Assembly (NCBI GenBank): GCA_965222375.1
Contig: CBDCTZ010000016.1
Span: 1,312,001 to 1,376,000 of the forward strand
DNA from: Polyangiaceae bacterium
Lineage (GTDB): Bacteria; Myxococcota_A; Polyangia; Polyangiales; Polyangiaceae
Length of the DNA: 64,000 nucleotides
Direction: 5' to 3'
Below the pieces are notes generated by a model. That model saw nothing but the letters and a program-made list of their open reading frames with translations. It made no database searches and was not told where the DNA came from. The position numbers were made by a program, and so were the translations under genes. Shown piece by piece: positions 37,451-47,863 of the stretch. The first letter of the stretch is position 1. The number at the start of each line of letters is the position of its first letter.

Positions 37451-37478
37451 GCGAGGCGAGTCCATTCCGGGAGCAGCC

Positions 37479-38924
37479 ATGAGCGAACTTCAGCGATTCC
37501 TGATTCACGGCTCCTATCTCATAGCCGCGGCATTGTTCATCTTTGGTCTGCGACGTCTGTCACGAGTCAAGACCGCACGCGGCGGCAACGCCTATGCCGC
37601 GCTGGGAATGCTGATCGCAATCGTGACCACGCTCGTTGCGACCACGAATCTCGGCTGGATTTGGATCGGCACCGGCCTGATCGTGGGCAGCATCATCGGT
37701 GCATTCCTCGCGCGCTGGGTCGAAATGACGAAGATGCCTGAGCTGGTTGCGTTCTTCAACGGCGTGGGCGGCGCGGCGTCGACGGCAGTGGCGCTCGCCT
37801 ACTTCTTCACCATTCCGTTCGGAAACGGTTTCAAACTCTCGGATCGGATTGATGGATACATCATTCTAGTCGTCTATCTCAGCGTCATCATTGGCACGCT
37901 GACCTTGACCGGGAGTTTGATCGCCTTTGGCAAGCTCTCCGGCAGGCTGCCAGGTCGATCGATCTTGATGCCCGGTCGCCACGTCATCAACACTCTCGTC
38001 GCCGTTTCGGTCATCGCTGGGGCGATCGTCGCGTCCTACGTGGTCAGCAGTACAACCCACACGATTACGGGGATGCTCGTCGTCACGGGCCTATCCGCGC
38101 TGTTGGGCGTGCTGCTGGTGATCCCGATTGGTGGCGCCGACATGCCTGTGGTCATTTCCTTGCTCAATTCCTACTCGGGTATTGCTGCATCCATGGCCGG
38201 TTTCGTCTTGATCGTTCAAGATCGGCCAAGCGCGTACATCTTGGTGATCTCCGGCGCACTCGTCGGAGCCGCGGGGCTGATCCTCACCAACCTGATGTGC
38301 AAGGCCATGAATCGCTCGCTAGTCAGTGTGCTCGTCGGCGGATTCGGAGAAACCTCGGCGACGGCAGGTCCGGCAGGCGCAGACGCTTACACTTCGGTCA
38401 AGTCTTTCTCCGCGGAGGAAGCGGCGATGATTCTAGAAGGGGCAGAGCTTGTCATCGTCGTCCCCGGCTACGGACTGGCCGTAGCTCAAGCCCAACATGC
38501 CCTCGGCGAATTGGCACAAGTGCTGGAGAAGCGTGGCACGAAGGTGCACTATGCGATTCACCCAGTGGCTGGCCGAATGCCGGGTCACATGAACGTGCTT
38601 CTCGCCGAGGCGAACATTCCCTACGAGCAGCTGTTTGATCTCGACGAGATCAATTCCGAGTTCAAGAACGCACAGGTGTCGCTCATCGTGGGGGCCAACG
38701 ACGTGGTCAATCCGGCGGCGACGAATGACCCAGCGAGCCCCATCGCTGGTATGCCGATCCTCAATTCCCATGAAGCGCAGAACACCATCGTGATCAAACG
38801 CAGTCTCAGCCCGGGTTATGCGGGTATCAAGAACGAGTTGTTCGAGTACGACAACACGATGATGCTTTTCGCGGACGCCAAGGCGGCCCTGGTGGACATG
38901 ACCCGAGAGGTGAAGGAGCTCTGA
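37479..38924 (+). CDS. pntB: NAD(P) transhydrogenase beta subunit
   Basis: IGGADMPVVISLLNSYSG, MCKAMNRS, HPVAGRMPGHMNVLLAEA, GANDVVNP. Confidence 0.98.
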   Translation: MSELQRFLIHGSYLIAAALFIFGLRRLSRVKTARGGNAYAALGMLIAIVTTLVATTNLGWIWIGTGLIVGSIIGAFLARWVEMTKMPELVAFFNGVGGAASTAVALAYFFTIPFGNGFKLSDRIDGYIILVVYLSVIIGTLTLTGSLIAFGKLSGRLPGRSILMPGRHVINTLVAVSVIAGAIVASYVVSSTTHTITGMLVVTGLSALLGVLLVIPIGGADMPVVISLLNSYSGIAASMAGFVLIVQDRPSAYILVISGALVGAAGLILTNLMCKAMNRSLVSVLVGGFGETSATAGPAGADAYTSVKSFSAEEAAMILEGAELVIVVPGYGLAVAQAQHALGELAQVLEKRGTKVHYAIHPVAGRMPGHMNVLLAEANIPYEQLFDLDEINSEFKNAQVSLIVGANDVVNPAATNDPASPIAGMPILNSHEAQNTIVIKRSLSPGYAGIKNELFEYDNTMMLFADAKAALVDMTREVKEL

Positions 38925-38979
38925 GGCCGGTCTTCCATATGTGGTGTAGCCGTGCGCGAGATTCCGTCATAATAACGGA

Positions 38980-39837
38980 ATGCAGCGTTTGATTTGGGTT
39001 GTTGGGTTTGGGGCGGCTTTGTACCTCCCTGCGTGCGGCAGTTCTGATGATGAGTCGGAGGCCACCGGTGGAAGTGCGGGTTCCGGCGCAAGTGCCGGCA
39101 GTGGCGGCTCCGCGGCGGCGGGTGGCGCTGGGGCGAGCGGTGGCAGCGCCGGCCAGACAAGCGGGGGCAGTGCCGGGGCCGCGGGGGGTAGCGCTGGTTC
39201 GGCTGGGAGCGCGGGTCAGGGTGGCTCCGCGGGCTCTAGTGGAGGGTGCGTGGGTACCACGACGTACAGTCTCGAGTTTGACGCAACCTGGAACGCGGCG
39301 ACCCATCCGACGGACTTTCCTTCTTCGGCGCATTGGTCGCCGCTCATTGGTGCGACCCACAATGCGAGCGGCAGCCTCTGGAAGCCTGGCGCTGCGGCAA
39401 GCGCCGGCATGGAGCAAATGGCCGAAACCGGAGGCACGACTACGCTCAAGTCCGAAATCGCGACGGCTCAAGGCCAGGGCACGATGCAACACGTGTTGTC
39501 AGGCAGCGGCGTGAACCCATCGCCAGGCAAAACGAGCTTCGATTTCCAGATCGATGCCAGCCACACGTTGGTCTCCGTCGTGTCCATGATCGCGCCCAGC
39601 CCAGATTGGTACGTGGGCGTTCACGATCTGGACCTCTGCGGGAAGGACGGCAAGTGGCTTCCAAGCACGGTCGTCGATCTACTTCCCTACGATTCAGGCA
39701 CCGACAGCGGCAGCACCTTCACGTCGGCCAATGCGGACACGCAGCCCCCTGGAGTGATCACGGCGATCGTTTCTGCACCCCTCGGCAACGGCAGCACCGT
39801 CGCCAAGATGGGCACATTCACGTTCACCAAAAAGTAG
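38980..39837 (+). CDS. Spondin_N-domain lipoprotein
   Basis: HWSPLIGATH, AETG, SMIAPSPDWYVG, YDSGTDSG; lipobox LPAC. Confidence 0.9.
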   Translation: MQRLIWVVGFGAALYLPACGSSDDESEATGGSAGSGASAGSGGSAAAGGAGASGGSAGQTSGGSAGAAGGSAGSAGSAGQGGSAGSSGGCVGTTTYSLEFDATWNAATHPTDFPSSAHWSPLIGATHNASGSLWKPGAAASAGMEQMAETGGTTTLKSEIATAQGQGTMQHVLSGSGVNPSPGKTSFDFQIDASHTLVSVVSMIAPSPDWYVGVHDLDLCGKDGKWLPSTVVDLLPYDSGTDSGSTFTSANADTQPPGVITAIVSAPLGNGSTVAKMGTFTFTKK

Positions 39838-39875
39838 CGGTTCTGGTTGCTCGAGATCTGCCGCTAATCGGTGGC

Positions 39876-40508
39876 TCAACCCAGTAGATCGACGACGTCT
39901 GCGAAGGAGTCGGCGACCGCCTCGGGGGCGTCCACCTCACCAAATCCGTAGCGGGCGAAAATGAACGGAACTTGGTTGTCCCGGGCGGCTCTCTGGTCGC
40001 CGGCCGTATCTCCCACGAAGGTTGCAGAACGCACGCCATTGCGGCTCATGATGTCCGCGAGGTTCTGCGACTTGCTGTTGCCGGTTCGACCCCAGCACTC
40101 GAAGTCCGCGATGCAGGACTCGACTTGGGCGACCGCCAAGAACGTTTCGATGTACCCCCGCTGGCAATTGCTGACGATCATCAAAGGTAAGCGCTTGCTG
40201 AGTGCGCGCAGCCCATCTACGACGCCCTCGTAGATCACTCCGCCGCGCTCCGCGATGACCAGGTTGTCTTCTTCCATGGTTTCGTCCGAAAGGAGCTGTA
40301 GTTCCGCCTCGGGGAGACCTTGGTACACGGTGCGGATGCACTCGTCGTGGGGACGCCCGGTAACCTGGCGGACGTCTCGAGCAACGACTTCTCGAAACGC
40401 GATCCCATGTCGTTTGGCAACTCGATTCCATGCAATGGCGCAGCTGGCGCTGGTATCCCAAAGGGTACCGTCCAAGTCGAACACGGCCGCGCGCTCAATC
40501 GTCGCCAT
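39876..40508 (-). CDS. HAD family hydrolase
   Basis: FDLDGTLWD, VSN, VGDTAGD, YGFG. Confidence 0.93.
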   Translation of the reverse strand: MATIERAAVFDLDGTLWDTSASCAIAWNRVAKRHGIAFREVVARDVRQVTGRPHDECIRTVYQGLPEAELQLLSDETMEEDNLVIAERGGVIYEGVVDGLRALSKRLPLMIVSNCQRGYIETFLAVAQVESCIADFECWGRTGNSKSQNLADIMSRNGVRSATFVGDTAGDQRAARDNQVPFIFARYGFGEVDAPEAVADSFADVVDLLG

Positions 40509-41739
40509 CGTTATTCGCCTCTCGCGTGCCCGCCCTGAGGAAGAAGGTCTCCAGCTTCCCTTTTCCCTTTATCTCGATCTCGCCGCGAGCCTCGATGGCG
40601 TAGGTCGATCCAAGGCAGTCCCGAGTCGAACGGCTCAGATGTATTTCCCCCGGGACGCCGTGGGATTCCAGTCTCGATGCGGTGTTCACCGTATCGCCCC
40701 ACATGTCGTAGGCAAACTTGCGGGTTCCAATGACGCCAGCGACGACCGGACCGGTATTGATACCAATGCGAATCTGAAGATCGTAGCCCGTGCGCTCTCC
40801 TACCTCGGCTACGATTTCACGCATGCGCAGAGCCATTGAGACGATGGCTTCGGCGTGGTCCTTCCGCGGAGTAGGCACTCCGGCAGCCACCATGTAGGCG
40901 TCTCCGATGGTCTTGATCTTCTCGAGCTGCAGTTCGTCCGCAACATGATCGAACGCGGAGAAGACCTCATCGAGTACTTGGACCACCTCCCGCGGACTGA
41001 GCCTGGCTGCAAGCGGCGTGAACCCAACAAGATCTGCAAACAAAATGCTGGCTTCATCGATCGCGTCAGCAATGTGGTGCTCATCTGCACGAAGCCGCTC
41101 CGCTATGGTTCTTGGCAATATGTTGAGGAGAAGCCTCTCGATTTCGGCCTCAGCGTTCGTGATGTCGCGCACGAAAAGCGTGACGATGAGAAACAACGAC
41201 GCGGCCACGAGCATCGTATTGACCCGCGTCGCCCACCAGATGCCCATGGGTGGTACGGCGCCTTGGTTGCCGATCACGCTGAACTCGATCAGCGCCAAGA
41301 GCAGGAAGCTGACTGCCGCATAAGCGTAGCAGAGCACACGCTCGCGCCGCGTGAACAGAATGAAGGGCACGACCGCGACCGCGGCGTACCAACGGTGCGC
41401 GCCAGAAACAGCTCCGTAGTAGACCGTGCAAAGTACCGCCAGGTGCAGATTTGCGTAGATAACCAGAATGTGCCGTGAGGAGCGCGTGTGCGCCGTCGCG
41501 TTGCGCAACAGCACGATCGCAAAAGCGATGAGCCCAACCACGTTCAGCCATGCGGTCTCCGTCGAACCCGACACCAATTGCGCTACCAGCCAGCTCCCGG
41601 CAGCAAACATCCCGAGAAGCGCGGTTGCGTTCGTGAGCTTGATACGCCTCCGGTGCGCGCCATACAGCCTGCGCGTGCCCAGACTGACCAGTATTTCGAG
41701 CGGTCCAAGCATCTCCAACGACGCTACGGCGCTCAGCAA
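40495..41739 (-). CDS. Membrane class III adenylate/guanylate cyclase
   Basis: TMs; LLLNILP, FADLVGFT, KIKTIGDAYM, GPVVAGVIG, YDMWGDTVNTASRLES. Confidence 0.95.
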   Translation of the reverse strand: MLSAVASLEMLGPLEILVSLGTRRLYGAHRRRIKLTNATALLGMFAAGSWLVAQLVSGSTETAWLNVVGLIAFAIVLLRNATAHTRSSRHILVIYANLHLAVLCTVYYGAVSGAHRWYAAVAVVPFILFTRRERVLCYAYAAVSFLLLALIEFSVIGNQGAVPPMGIWWATRVNTMLVAASLFLIVTLFVRDITNAEAEIERLLLNILPRTIAERLRADEHHIADAIDEASILFADLVGFTPLAARLSPREVVQVLDEVFSAFDHVADELQLEKIKTIGDAYMVAAGVPTPRKDHAEAIVSMALRMREIVAEVGERTGYDLQIRIGINTGPVVAGVIGTRKFAYDMWGDTVNTASRLESHGVPGEIHLSRSTRDCLGSTYAIEARGEIEIKGKGKLETFFLRAGTREANNDGDD

Positions 41740-41791
41740 TCCGGAGCAAGTCTAGGCGGCCCGAGCTCGGGCGCTCCTGCTTGCTCGTGCT

Positions 41792-42480
41792 ATGAAACGT
41801 CGTGTGACTGTTCCTTGCCGCACCCATCGTCGTGTCTCGCGCTCCGCCATCACGAGGATCTTGACGGGCCTTTCCGTGGCTGTAGCCGTGGCCGGCGTGA
41901 CCGGCTCTTCCTCATGGGTTCACGCTCAGGATCTGAACACCGTGCCTGGTCTTCAGGAACGCTTGGACCACGAGCGCTCGGTCGTTGAGCAGCTACTCAA
42001 CGAAGGAGAATGCCCGCGGGCGTGCTTGGCGCTCGAGGCAATGCGTCAAGCTGCCGGCTCTGCAAGTTGGACTCAGGAAGTCCGGGCACGAATGCACGAC
42101 GTGACCTCGAGAAGACCGCGGGCCGCGTGGGCGGCAGTTGTGCCGAATGTGAGGAAGCTCAGGAAATCCGCAACGTCGGCAAGGGTGCGCCCTCTGCACG
42201 CGCCAATGTGGCATGCGCGGCTGATGCTCCCACCGCCCCGGGCTCGTCAGCCCCCGAAACCCCCGCCTCCAAGCAGCCGCCCTCGGAGGCGCCCCAGGGT
42301 GGGTGCGCCGCCTGCAGCGTAGGCTCGAGTCCTACCCGAGCCGGCGGTCCAGCTTTCGCCGCTGTCACCTTGCTTGGACTCCTTGGGCTCGGTCGTCGAC
42401 GCCGCCGGAACGCCCTGAAGGCGGGGGGGACGGCGGCCTCTTGTCTTCCAGCATCGCGTGTTCGCGCAAGAAGGCCCTGA
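41792..42480 (+). pseudogene. Frameshifted secreted protein with MYXO-CTERM-like anchor
   Basis: Signal peptide and CPRACLALEAMRQA in one frame; RLCKLD...CAEC...GGCAACS-hydrophobic-RRRRR in another; shift near 42054. Confidence 0.7.
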
Positions 42481-43213
42481 CCATCAGCTCGTGCTGCTGT
42501 GCCCGCAGACGAAGCGGCTGCGAAATGCGTGTGGTCTCGAAGACCAGCGATGGGACACCCAGCACCTCCTGCGCGGAGCGCGCCACACTGCCAGCTGGCC
42601 CCGGAGAGATCAGAGTGAAGTGGCGGGTGGTCTTGGCGATGGACGCATTCACGGCGCCTTGCACGACCCGCGCCGCGGACAGGGCTCGCTTGGACACAGC
42701 GGTGCCGGGGACGTGGACCACCGAACTTCCCATGCTCTTCTTGTTTCGCCGGTTGAAATCGAAACCCTCATGCAAGTCGAGGAGCCAGTCCGGGTCGATG
42801 TCCTGAATCGTCTGCCAGACGATCGGCGCCATGAAACCACGTGGGCTCATTCCAGGGCGCCTGGGGAAGTTGCGATTCAGATCCATGTAGCGCGTCCGTG
42901 GTGAAAACCGCTTGCCAGCCGCCAGTGCTGGACGATTGACCTCCGGGATCACGAACAGTCGGCCGCGCACCAGCCGTGTGGCGAGAAGCCGACGAGCGGC
43001 GTGGGGCGGCGCACGCTCGTCGCCGTGCACACCCGCCAGCACTAGTACCGTCGGGCCTGAGCGTGCGCCGTGCAGGACATAAACTGGTGTCTCCCAGCGG
43101 GACTCTGCTGCAAGTATGGTGTGGGGAGCGGGCGACTTTGGTGCTGTATCGGCCTGGCTGGGGGCGACGATTGTGGCGACGATCGCCAACCAGAGGTAGA
43201 CCGGGGCCCGCAT
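42365..43213 (-). CDS. Succinylglutamate desuccinylase/aspartoacylase (M14-like) family secreted protein
   Basis: GVHGDE, DLNRNFP, LDLHEG, FET. Confidence 0.88.
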   Translation of the reverse strand: MRAPVYLWLAIVATIVAPSQADTAPKSPAPHTILAAESRWETPVYVLHGARSGPTVLVLAGVHGDERAPPHAARRLLATRLVRGRLFVIPEVNRPALAAGKRFSPRTRYMDLNRNFPRRPGMSPRGFMAPIVWQTIQDIDPDWLLDLHEGFDFNRRNKKSMGSSVVHVPGTAVSKRALSAARVVQGAVNASIAKTTRHFTLISPGPAGSVARSAQEVLGVPSLVFETTRISQPLRLRAQQHELMVRAFLREHAMLEDKRPPSPPPSGRSGGVDDRAQGVQAR

Positions 43214-43290
43214 CGGAACACAAACGCCGGGCTGCCGTGGCTTAATCCGACCCTCGAGTCTTTTTTGCCTGGCGGCAGACTCTGCTGGGC

Positions 43291-46086
43291 TCAGAGCTCG
43301 TCGACCAGGCCAAGAGCTTCGCCAAGCCGTTCTTTTTGCCGCTTGAGAGCATCGAGTTGCTCCTTGGCTTCAGCAACGACCTCGGGTGGGGCCTTCGCGA
43401 CGAAGTTCTTATTGGCGAGGCGCTTGTCGAGCCCCTGGATGTCCTTGTCCAGTTTCTTGATCGTGCGCTCGATGCGTTCCTTCTCTTTGTCGGGCTCGAC
43501 CAAGCCCTTGAGACCCACCAACACTTCCACCTCGCCGGCCACGCTCATCACGTATCCGCTGGGGCGCGGACCGCCTGCGGGTTCGATGGTTGGAGTGCCG
43601 TCGGTCCTGACCAGAAACTCCAACAGCGCGCTTTGAGCGCTGAGCACGTCTCGGACGGAGGAGTCCGCGGCTCGCAGCACCAAAGGGACGCGTGCGCCGG
43701 GGTGAACTTCGTGTTCGGTGCGGGCTGAGCGGGCTGCGCTGATGGCGTTCATCAACACGCCCATTTGTTTTTCGACGCCAGGGTCGTGTCTGCCGTCGCC
43801 CCCCGTGGGGTAGGGGGCAATAGCAATGGATTTGGGGCGGGACGCTGGACGGGACGTCCGCTGCCATAGCTCTTCGGTCACGAACGGTGCATAGGGATGC
43901 AACCCCCGCAGCACGGTCTCGATCACGTGAGCAAGCACGGCCCGAGTCTCAGCTTTGGCAGCGTCGTCCGAGCCGGAAAAGACTGGCTTGCTGGACTCCA
44001 GGAACCAGTCGCACAACTCGTCCCAGACGAATGCGTAGAGCGCCCGGGCGCCTTCATCCAACCTGAAGTCGTCGATGCCACGAGTGCTGGCCTCGACCGC
44101 GCCGGATAGTCGCGACAGGATCCATTTATTGGGCAGTGACGTTGCATTTGGTACGCAGCCGTCCAGACTCACACCGTCGATGTGGGGCAGGGAAAAGCGA
44201 ACCGCATTGTAGAGTTTGTTGCAGAAGTTGCGGTAGCCTTCGATTCGCTTCGGGGATAGCGCGATGCGCTTGGCCTGGGGCGAATAGCTGCACAGCGTGA
44301 AGCGGACCGCGTCCGTGCCGTAAGCTGGAAACCCTTTGCCCATCTGTGCGACGGAGGGGTACGCCTTCTTGAACTTGGCAAAGGCCTGTTTCTCTGGCGC
44401 GCCCGGCAAAGCCTTTTGCACGACGGCACCGAACTCAGCGCCGTGAATCAAGTCGAGCGGATCAATCGTGTTGCCCTTGACCTTGCTCATCTTGTCGCCG
44501 GTCTCGTCTACGACGAGGCCGTGCAGCAGCACTCGCTTGAAGGGCACCTCACCCATGAAGTGGATCCCCATCATCATCATGCGCGCCACCCAGAAAAACA
44601 GGATGTCGTAGCCCGTCTCCATGTCGCTGGTGGGGTAGAAGCGCTTCAGCTCGACGGTTTCCTTGGGCCATCCGAGGGTGGAAAACGGCCAGAGTGCGCT
44701 CGAGAACCAGGTGTCGAGGACATCTGGATCTCGGGTGAGGGACGCGCTCCCGCACTCCGCGCATTTTTCGGGCTTGTCCTCCCTCGTGACGGTGACGTGC
44801 CCATTGTCGCAATAGAAGGCGGGGACCTGGTGTCCCCACCACAGCTGGCGGCTGATGCACCAGTCTTGGATGTTCTCTAGCCAGTGGTTGTAGGTCTTGA
44901 CCCATTCTGCGGGAATGATCTGAGTGCGACCGTCTCGCACCGCCTCGAGAGCGGGCTCCGCGAGCGGCTTCGTTTTCACGAACCACTGCGTGCTGATCAT
45001 CGGCTCCACGATCGTGTTGCAGCGCTGACAACGAGGCAGCTGCAACGTATGGGGCTTGCTGCCTCGCTCGAGCCCTGCGTCGGCGAGGGCCTTCTTGACC
45101 GCTTTGCGTGACTCTTTGACGCTTTGTCCCTGAAACTGGCCGGCCTCGGCATTGAGGCTGCCGTCTTGGTTCAGGATGCTGATCTCCTCGAGCTTGTGCC
45201 GCTTGCCTGTCGCAAAGTCGTTGAAGTCGTGCGCTGGCGTGACCTTGACGGCGCCGGTACCGAACTCTGGATCCACGAGAATGTCGTCGATGATCACTGG
45301 GATCTGGCGGTCGACGAAGGGGTGCCTCAACTTCTTGCCGTGCAAGTGCTTGTAGCGCGGATCCTCCGAATGCACGGCCACGGCCGTATCGCCAAGCATG
45401 GTCTCTGGGCGCGTCGTCGCGACCACGAGTTCTTTCACGCCCGCCCCGGTCTCGGCGTCGGCTACGGGGTAGGCAAACTCGTACATCTCGCCTTGCGCCT
45501 CTTCGTTTTCCACTTCGAGATCGGAAAGCGCGGTTCTGCAGTCACCGCACCAGTTGATCAGGCGCGTGTCCCGGTAGATCAGACCCTCTTCGTAGAGGCG
45601 AACAAAGCTTTCCTTCACCGCGACGGAGAGCTCGGGATCCATCGTGAACTTGCTGCGCTCCCAGTCACAGGAGCAGCCCAGCACTTCCATCTGTTCGGCG
45701 ATTCGGCCCCCTTTTTGCTCCCGCCACTGCCAGACGCGCTCGACGAATTTGTCGCGACCTAGATCGTGCCGCGAGAGCCCCTCCGTGCGTAGTTGCCGCT
45801 CGACCACCGTTTGGGTCGCAATGCCCGCGTGGTCCATTCCCGGTTGCCAGAGTGTGTTGAACCCCTGCATTCGCTTGTGGCGAATCAGCACATCTTCCAG
45901 CGTGCCCATGAGGGCGTGCCCCATGTGCAAGCTGCCCGTGACGTTTGGTGGTGGCAGTGAAATCACGTACGTGGGACGATCGTCACCTTCGGCGGCGGAT
46001 GCGCGGAAAACGCCTTCATCGGACCAGAATTTGTACCAGCGTGGCTCGACCTCTTCAGGCTCGTACGCTTTGGGAAGCTCGGACAT
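43291..46086 (-). CDS. valS: Valine--tRNA ligase
   Basis: PPPNVTGSLHMGH, DWCISRQLWWGH, DVLDTWFSS, KMSK, C-terminal coiled coil. Confidence 0.99.
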   Translation of the reverse strand: MSELPKAYEPEEVEPRWYKFWSDEGVFRASAAEGDDRPTYVISLPPPNVTGSLHMGHALMGTLEDVLIRHKRMQGFNTLWQPGMDHAGIATQTVVERQLRTEGLSRHDLGRDKFVERVWQWREQKGGRIAEQMEVLGCSCDWERSKFTMDPELSVAVKESFVRLYEEGLIYRDTRLINWCGDCRTALSDLEVENEEAQGEMYEFAYPVADAETGAGVKELVVATTRPETMLGDTAVAVHSEDPRYKHLHGKKLRHPFVDRQIPVIIDDILVDPEFGTGAVKVTPAHDFNDFATGKRHKLEEISILNQDGSLNAEAGQFQGQSVKESRKAVKKALADAGLERGSKPHTLQLPRCQRCNTIVEPMISTQWFVKTKPLAEPALEAVRDGRTQIIPAEWVKTYNHWLENIQDWCISRQLWWGHQVPAFYCDNGHVTVTREDKPEKCAECGSASLTRDPDVLDTWFSSALWPFSTLGWPKETVELKRFYPTSDMETGYDILFFWVARMMMMGIHFMGEVPFKRVLLHGLVVDETGDKMSKVKGNTIDPLDLIHGAEFGAVVQKALPGAPEKQAFAKFKKAYPSVAQMGKGFPAYGTDAVRFTLCSYSPQAKRIALSPKRIEGYRNFCNKLYNAVRFSLPHIDGVSLDGCVPNATSLPNKWILSRLSGAVEASTRGIDDFRLDEGARALYAFVWDELCDWFLESSKPVFSGSDDAAKAETRAVLAHVIETVLRGLHPYAPFVTEELWQRTSRPASRPKSIAIAPYPTGGDGRHDPGVEKQMGVLMNAISAARSARTEHEVHPGARVPLVLRAADSSVRDVLSAQSALLEFLVRTDGTPTIEPAGGPRPSGYVMSVAGEVEVLVGLKGLVEPDKEKERIERTIKKLDKDIQGLDKRLANKNFVAKAPPEVVAEAKEQLDALKRQKERLGEALGLVDEL

Positions 46087-46178
46087 GGGCCGGGCAATAT
46101 AGCCACTTTCCCGGGACAGATACTCGGAAAATGTCCCGAGTCAGTGGGGCGTGCTTGCCACGATGGCGGGGTCGTCCG

Positions 46179-46826
46179 TCAGAAGGGCTTGCCGCCGCTG
46201 TTGCCGGCGGGGGCGTAGTTACAGACGATCGTGCCGCCGTACTTGAACCCGGCACACTTGGAGACTCCGCAGCCGAGCTTCGTGCTCTTCGCCCACATCA
46301 CCTGCGTGTAGTGGCCGCAGGCCTTTCCAGGCGCGCATTTGCCGGTGGCGTAGTCGTAGTCTTTCTCTTCGCTCATCCAGGAGGAAACCGCACCCTGCGG
46401 ACTCGCCGTGCCGCTGGAGCCATAGATGTTCTCACCCACAGAACCCGGGTAGTTGTCAGCACGTCCTGGGTTGTGATCGACGAGGCCCGTGGGTGGTTTG
46501 TTGTCGACGCAGGCGTCCGCCCAGGCTTGCGCAATGGCCGCTAAAGCTGGATCCCAAGTCAGCGGCGCCACTCCCTCGGTCGCGCGCGCTTCGTTGTGGG
46601 CTTTCGTGATGCCAGCAAGCCCAGGAGGCTCGCCCGCACCGACATTGCCTCCAGTGCCGGAACTCACTCCGCCCGTCGCGCTGCCGCCTTTGCCGGCGCT
46701 TGCCCCTTGGCCCGTACCACCGCTGCCGGTCGCGCCCTGTCCCACTCCGCCGGAACCTGTCGTTGCACCGCCACCATCTGCACCCCCTCCGCCGCTGTCG
46801 TCACTGCCACACGCGACAACCAGCGG
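46179..46826 (-). pseudogene. CAP/SCP-domain lipoprotein lacking the start of its signal peptide
   Basis: HNEAR...GENI...CGHYTQVMW...VCNYAPAGN; the frame extends up through lipobox LVVAC but has no start codon upstream of it. Confidence 0.7.
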
Positions 46827-47135
46827 GATTCTTCCGGGGGGCTCGTCATGGTTGCCCAGCGGTGGGTCAACGGTGGTAGCGGACCACCCTGGGTTGTCGC
46901 TCTGAAGACGGACGGCAGTGTGGCATGGGAGTTCGCCTCCACGACGGTCTACGAACGAGGAACCAACTGGGCGGTGGTACCCCGAAAGAGCGGTGGGCTC
47001 GTGCTGGTTGGTTCAGTCGCTGATCAGGGTGTCGCTGGCGGTCCTGCGCGAGCAATCTGCTTGAGTGACGCCGGTTCGGTGGTGTGGCAGCGGTCCTGGG
47101 ATGACGGTTCGGGGCGCCAACAGCTCGTAGCAGAT
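46827..47135 (+). pseudogene. Internal fragment of a beta-propeller protein gene
   Basis: WVVALKTDGSVAWE and ICLSDAGSVVWQRSW blade-like repeats, with no proper N-terminus. Confidence 0.5.
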
Positions 47136-47240
47136 CCGGCTGACTCTGGGCTTCAACTCGACTTCTGGACCGCCCAAGTAGCTCCGTCGTGCGGGGTGGT
47201 CTTGCAGTCTTTGCGGTGGTGGCACAGCCTGAAGGAGGTT

Positions 47241-47720
47241 ATGGCTAAGCTCGGAATGATGCAGATCGCGCGCGTCAGCGATGTCATGTCTGAAGCGGTA
47301 GTGTTCGTGCAGGCCGAAAGCCGGGCGGCGGATGCTGCGGATGTGCTCACGCGGCACCGCATCAACGGCGCGCCAGTGCTCGGAGACCGCGGTCGTGTCG
47401 TGGGGGTTGTTTCGAAAACCGACCTTCTCGACCCCCGTCATCAACCCGCGGATCGTGAGATGCAAGTGCAAGACGCAATGACTCGAGTAGTTTTTGCAGT
47501 GCGCGCTCATGATCCAGTCATGCTCGCAGTCCGCTTGATGACCGACGAGGAGATCCATCGCGCGTTGGTCGTCAATGACGACGGTACTTTGGCTGGGATT
47601 GTGTCGGCCATGGACGTCCTACGGGGCCTTGCCAACGGGCTGAACATCGCTGACGCGCCCGGCGCGGAGCCTGTAAGCTTCGTGGACCTTCGCAAGTTGC
47701 GGATCGTCCGCGGTACCTGA
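47241..47720 (+). CDS. CBS-pair domain protein
   Basis: RBS AAGGAGG; VSDVMS...GAPV...VGVVSKTDL; VQDAMT...LAGIVSAMDV. Confidence 0.92.
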   Translation: MAKLGMMQIARVSDVMSEAVVFVQAESRAADAADVLTRHRINGAPVLGDRGRVVGVVSKTDLLDPRHQPADREMQVQDAMTRVVFAVRAHDPVMLAVRLMTDEEIHRALVVNDDGTLAGIVSAMDVLRGLANGLNIADAPGAEPVSFVDLRKLRIVRGT

Positions 47721-47863
47721 AGCCGCAAGCGGACCCGGCGACCGGCTGAAAGGGGCGGTCAAGAGCAACAGCTCCACGTGCAGCGATTCGGGTGCCGCCA
47801 TTTCGGGCACCGCAACCGAGAAGGATCCACACACCGTGTGCTGTCGCTGAGGTGCCGCCGCGT

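Noticed and set aside
46596..47720. 374-aa ORF as a propeller-CBS fusion protein
   Set aside because: A strong AAGGAGG RBS at the internal ATG 47241 marks the real CBS start; the upstream part is antisense to the CAP gene plus a gene remnant
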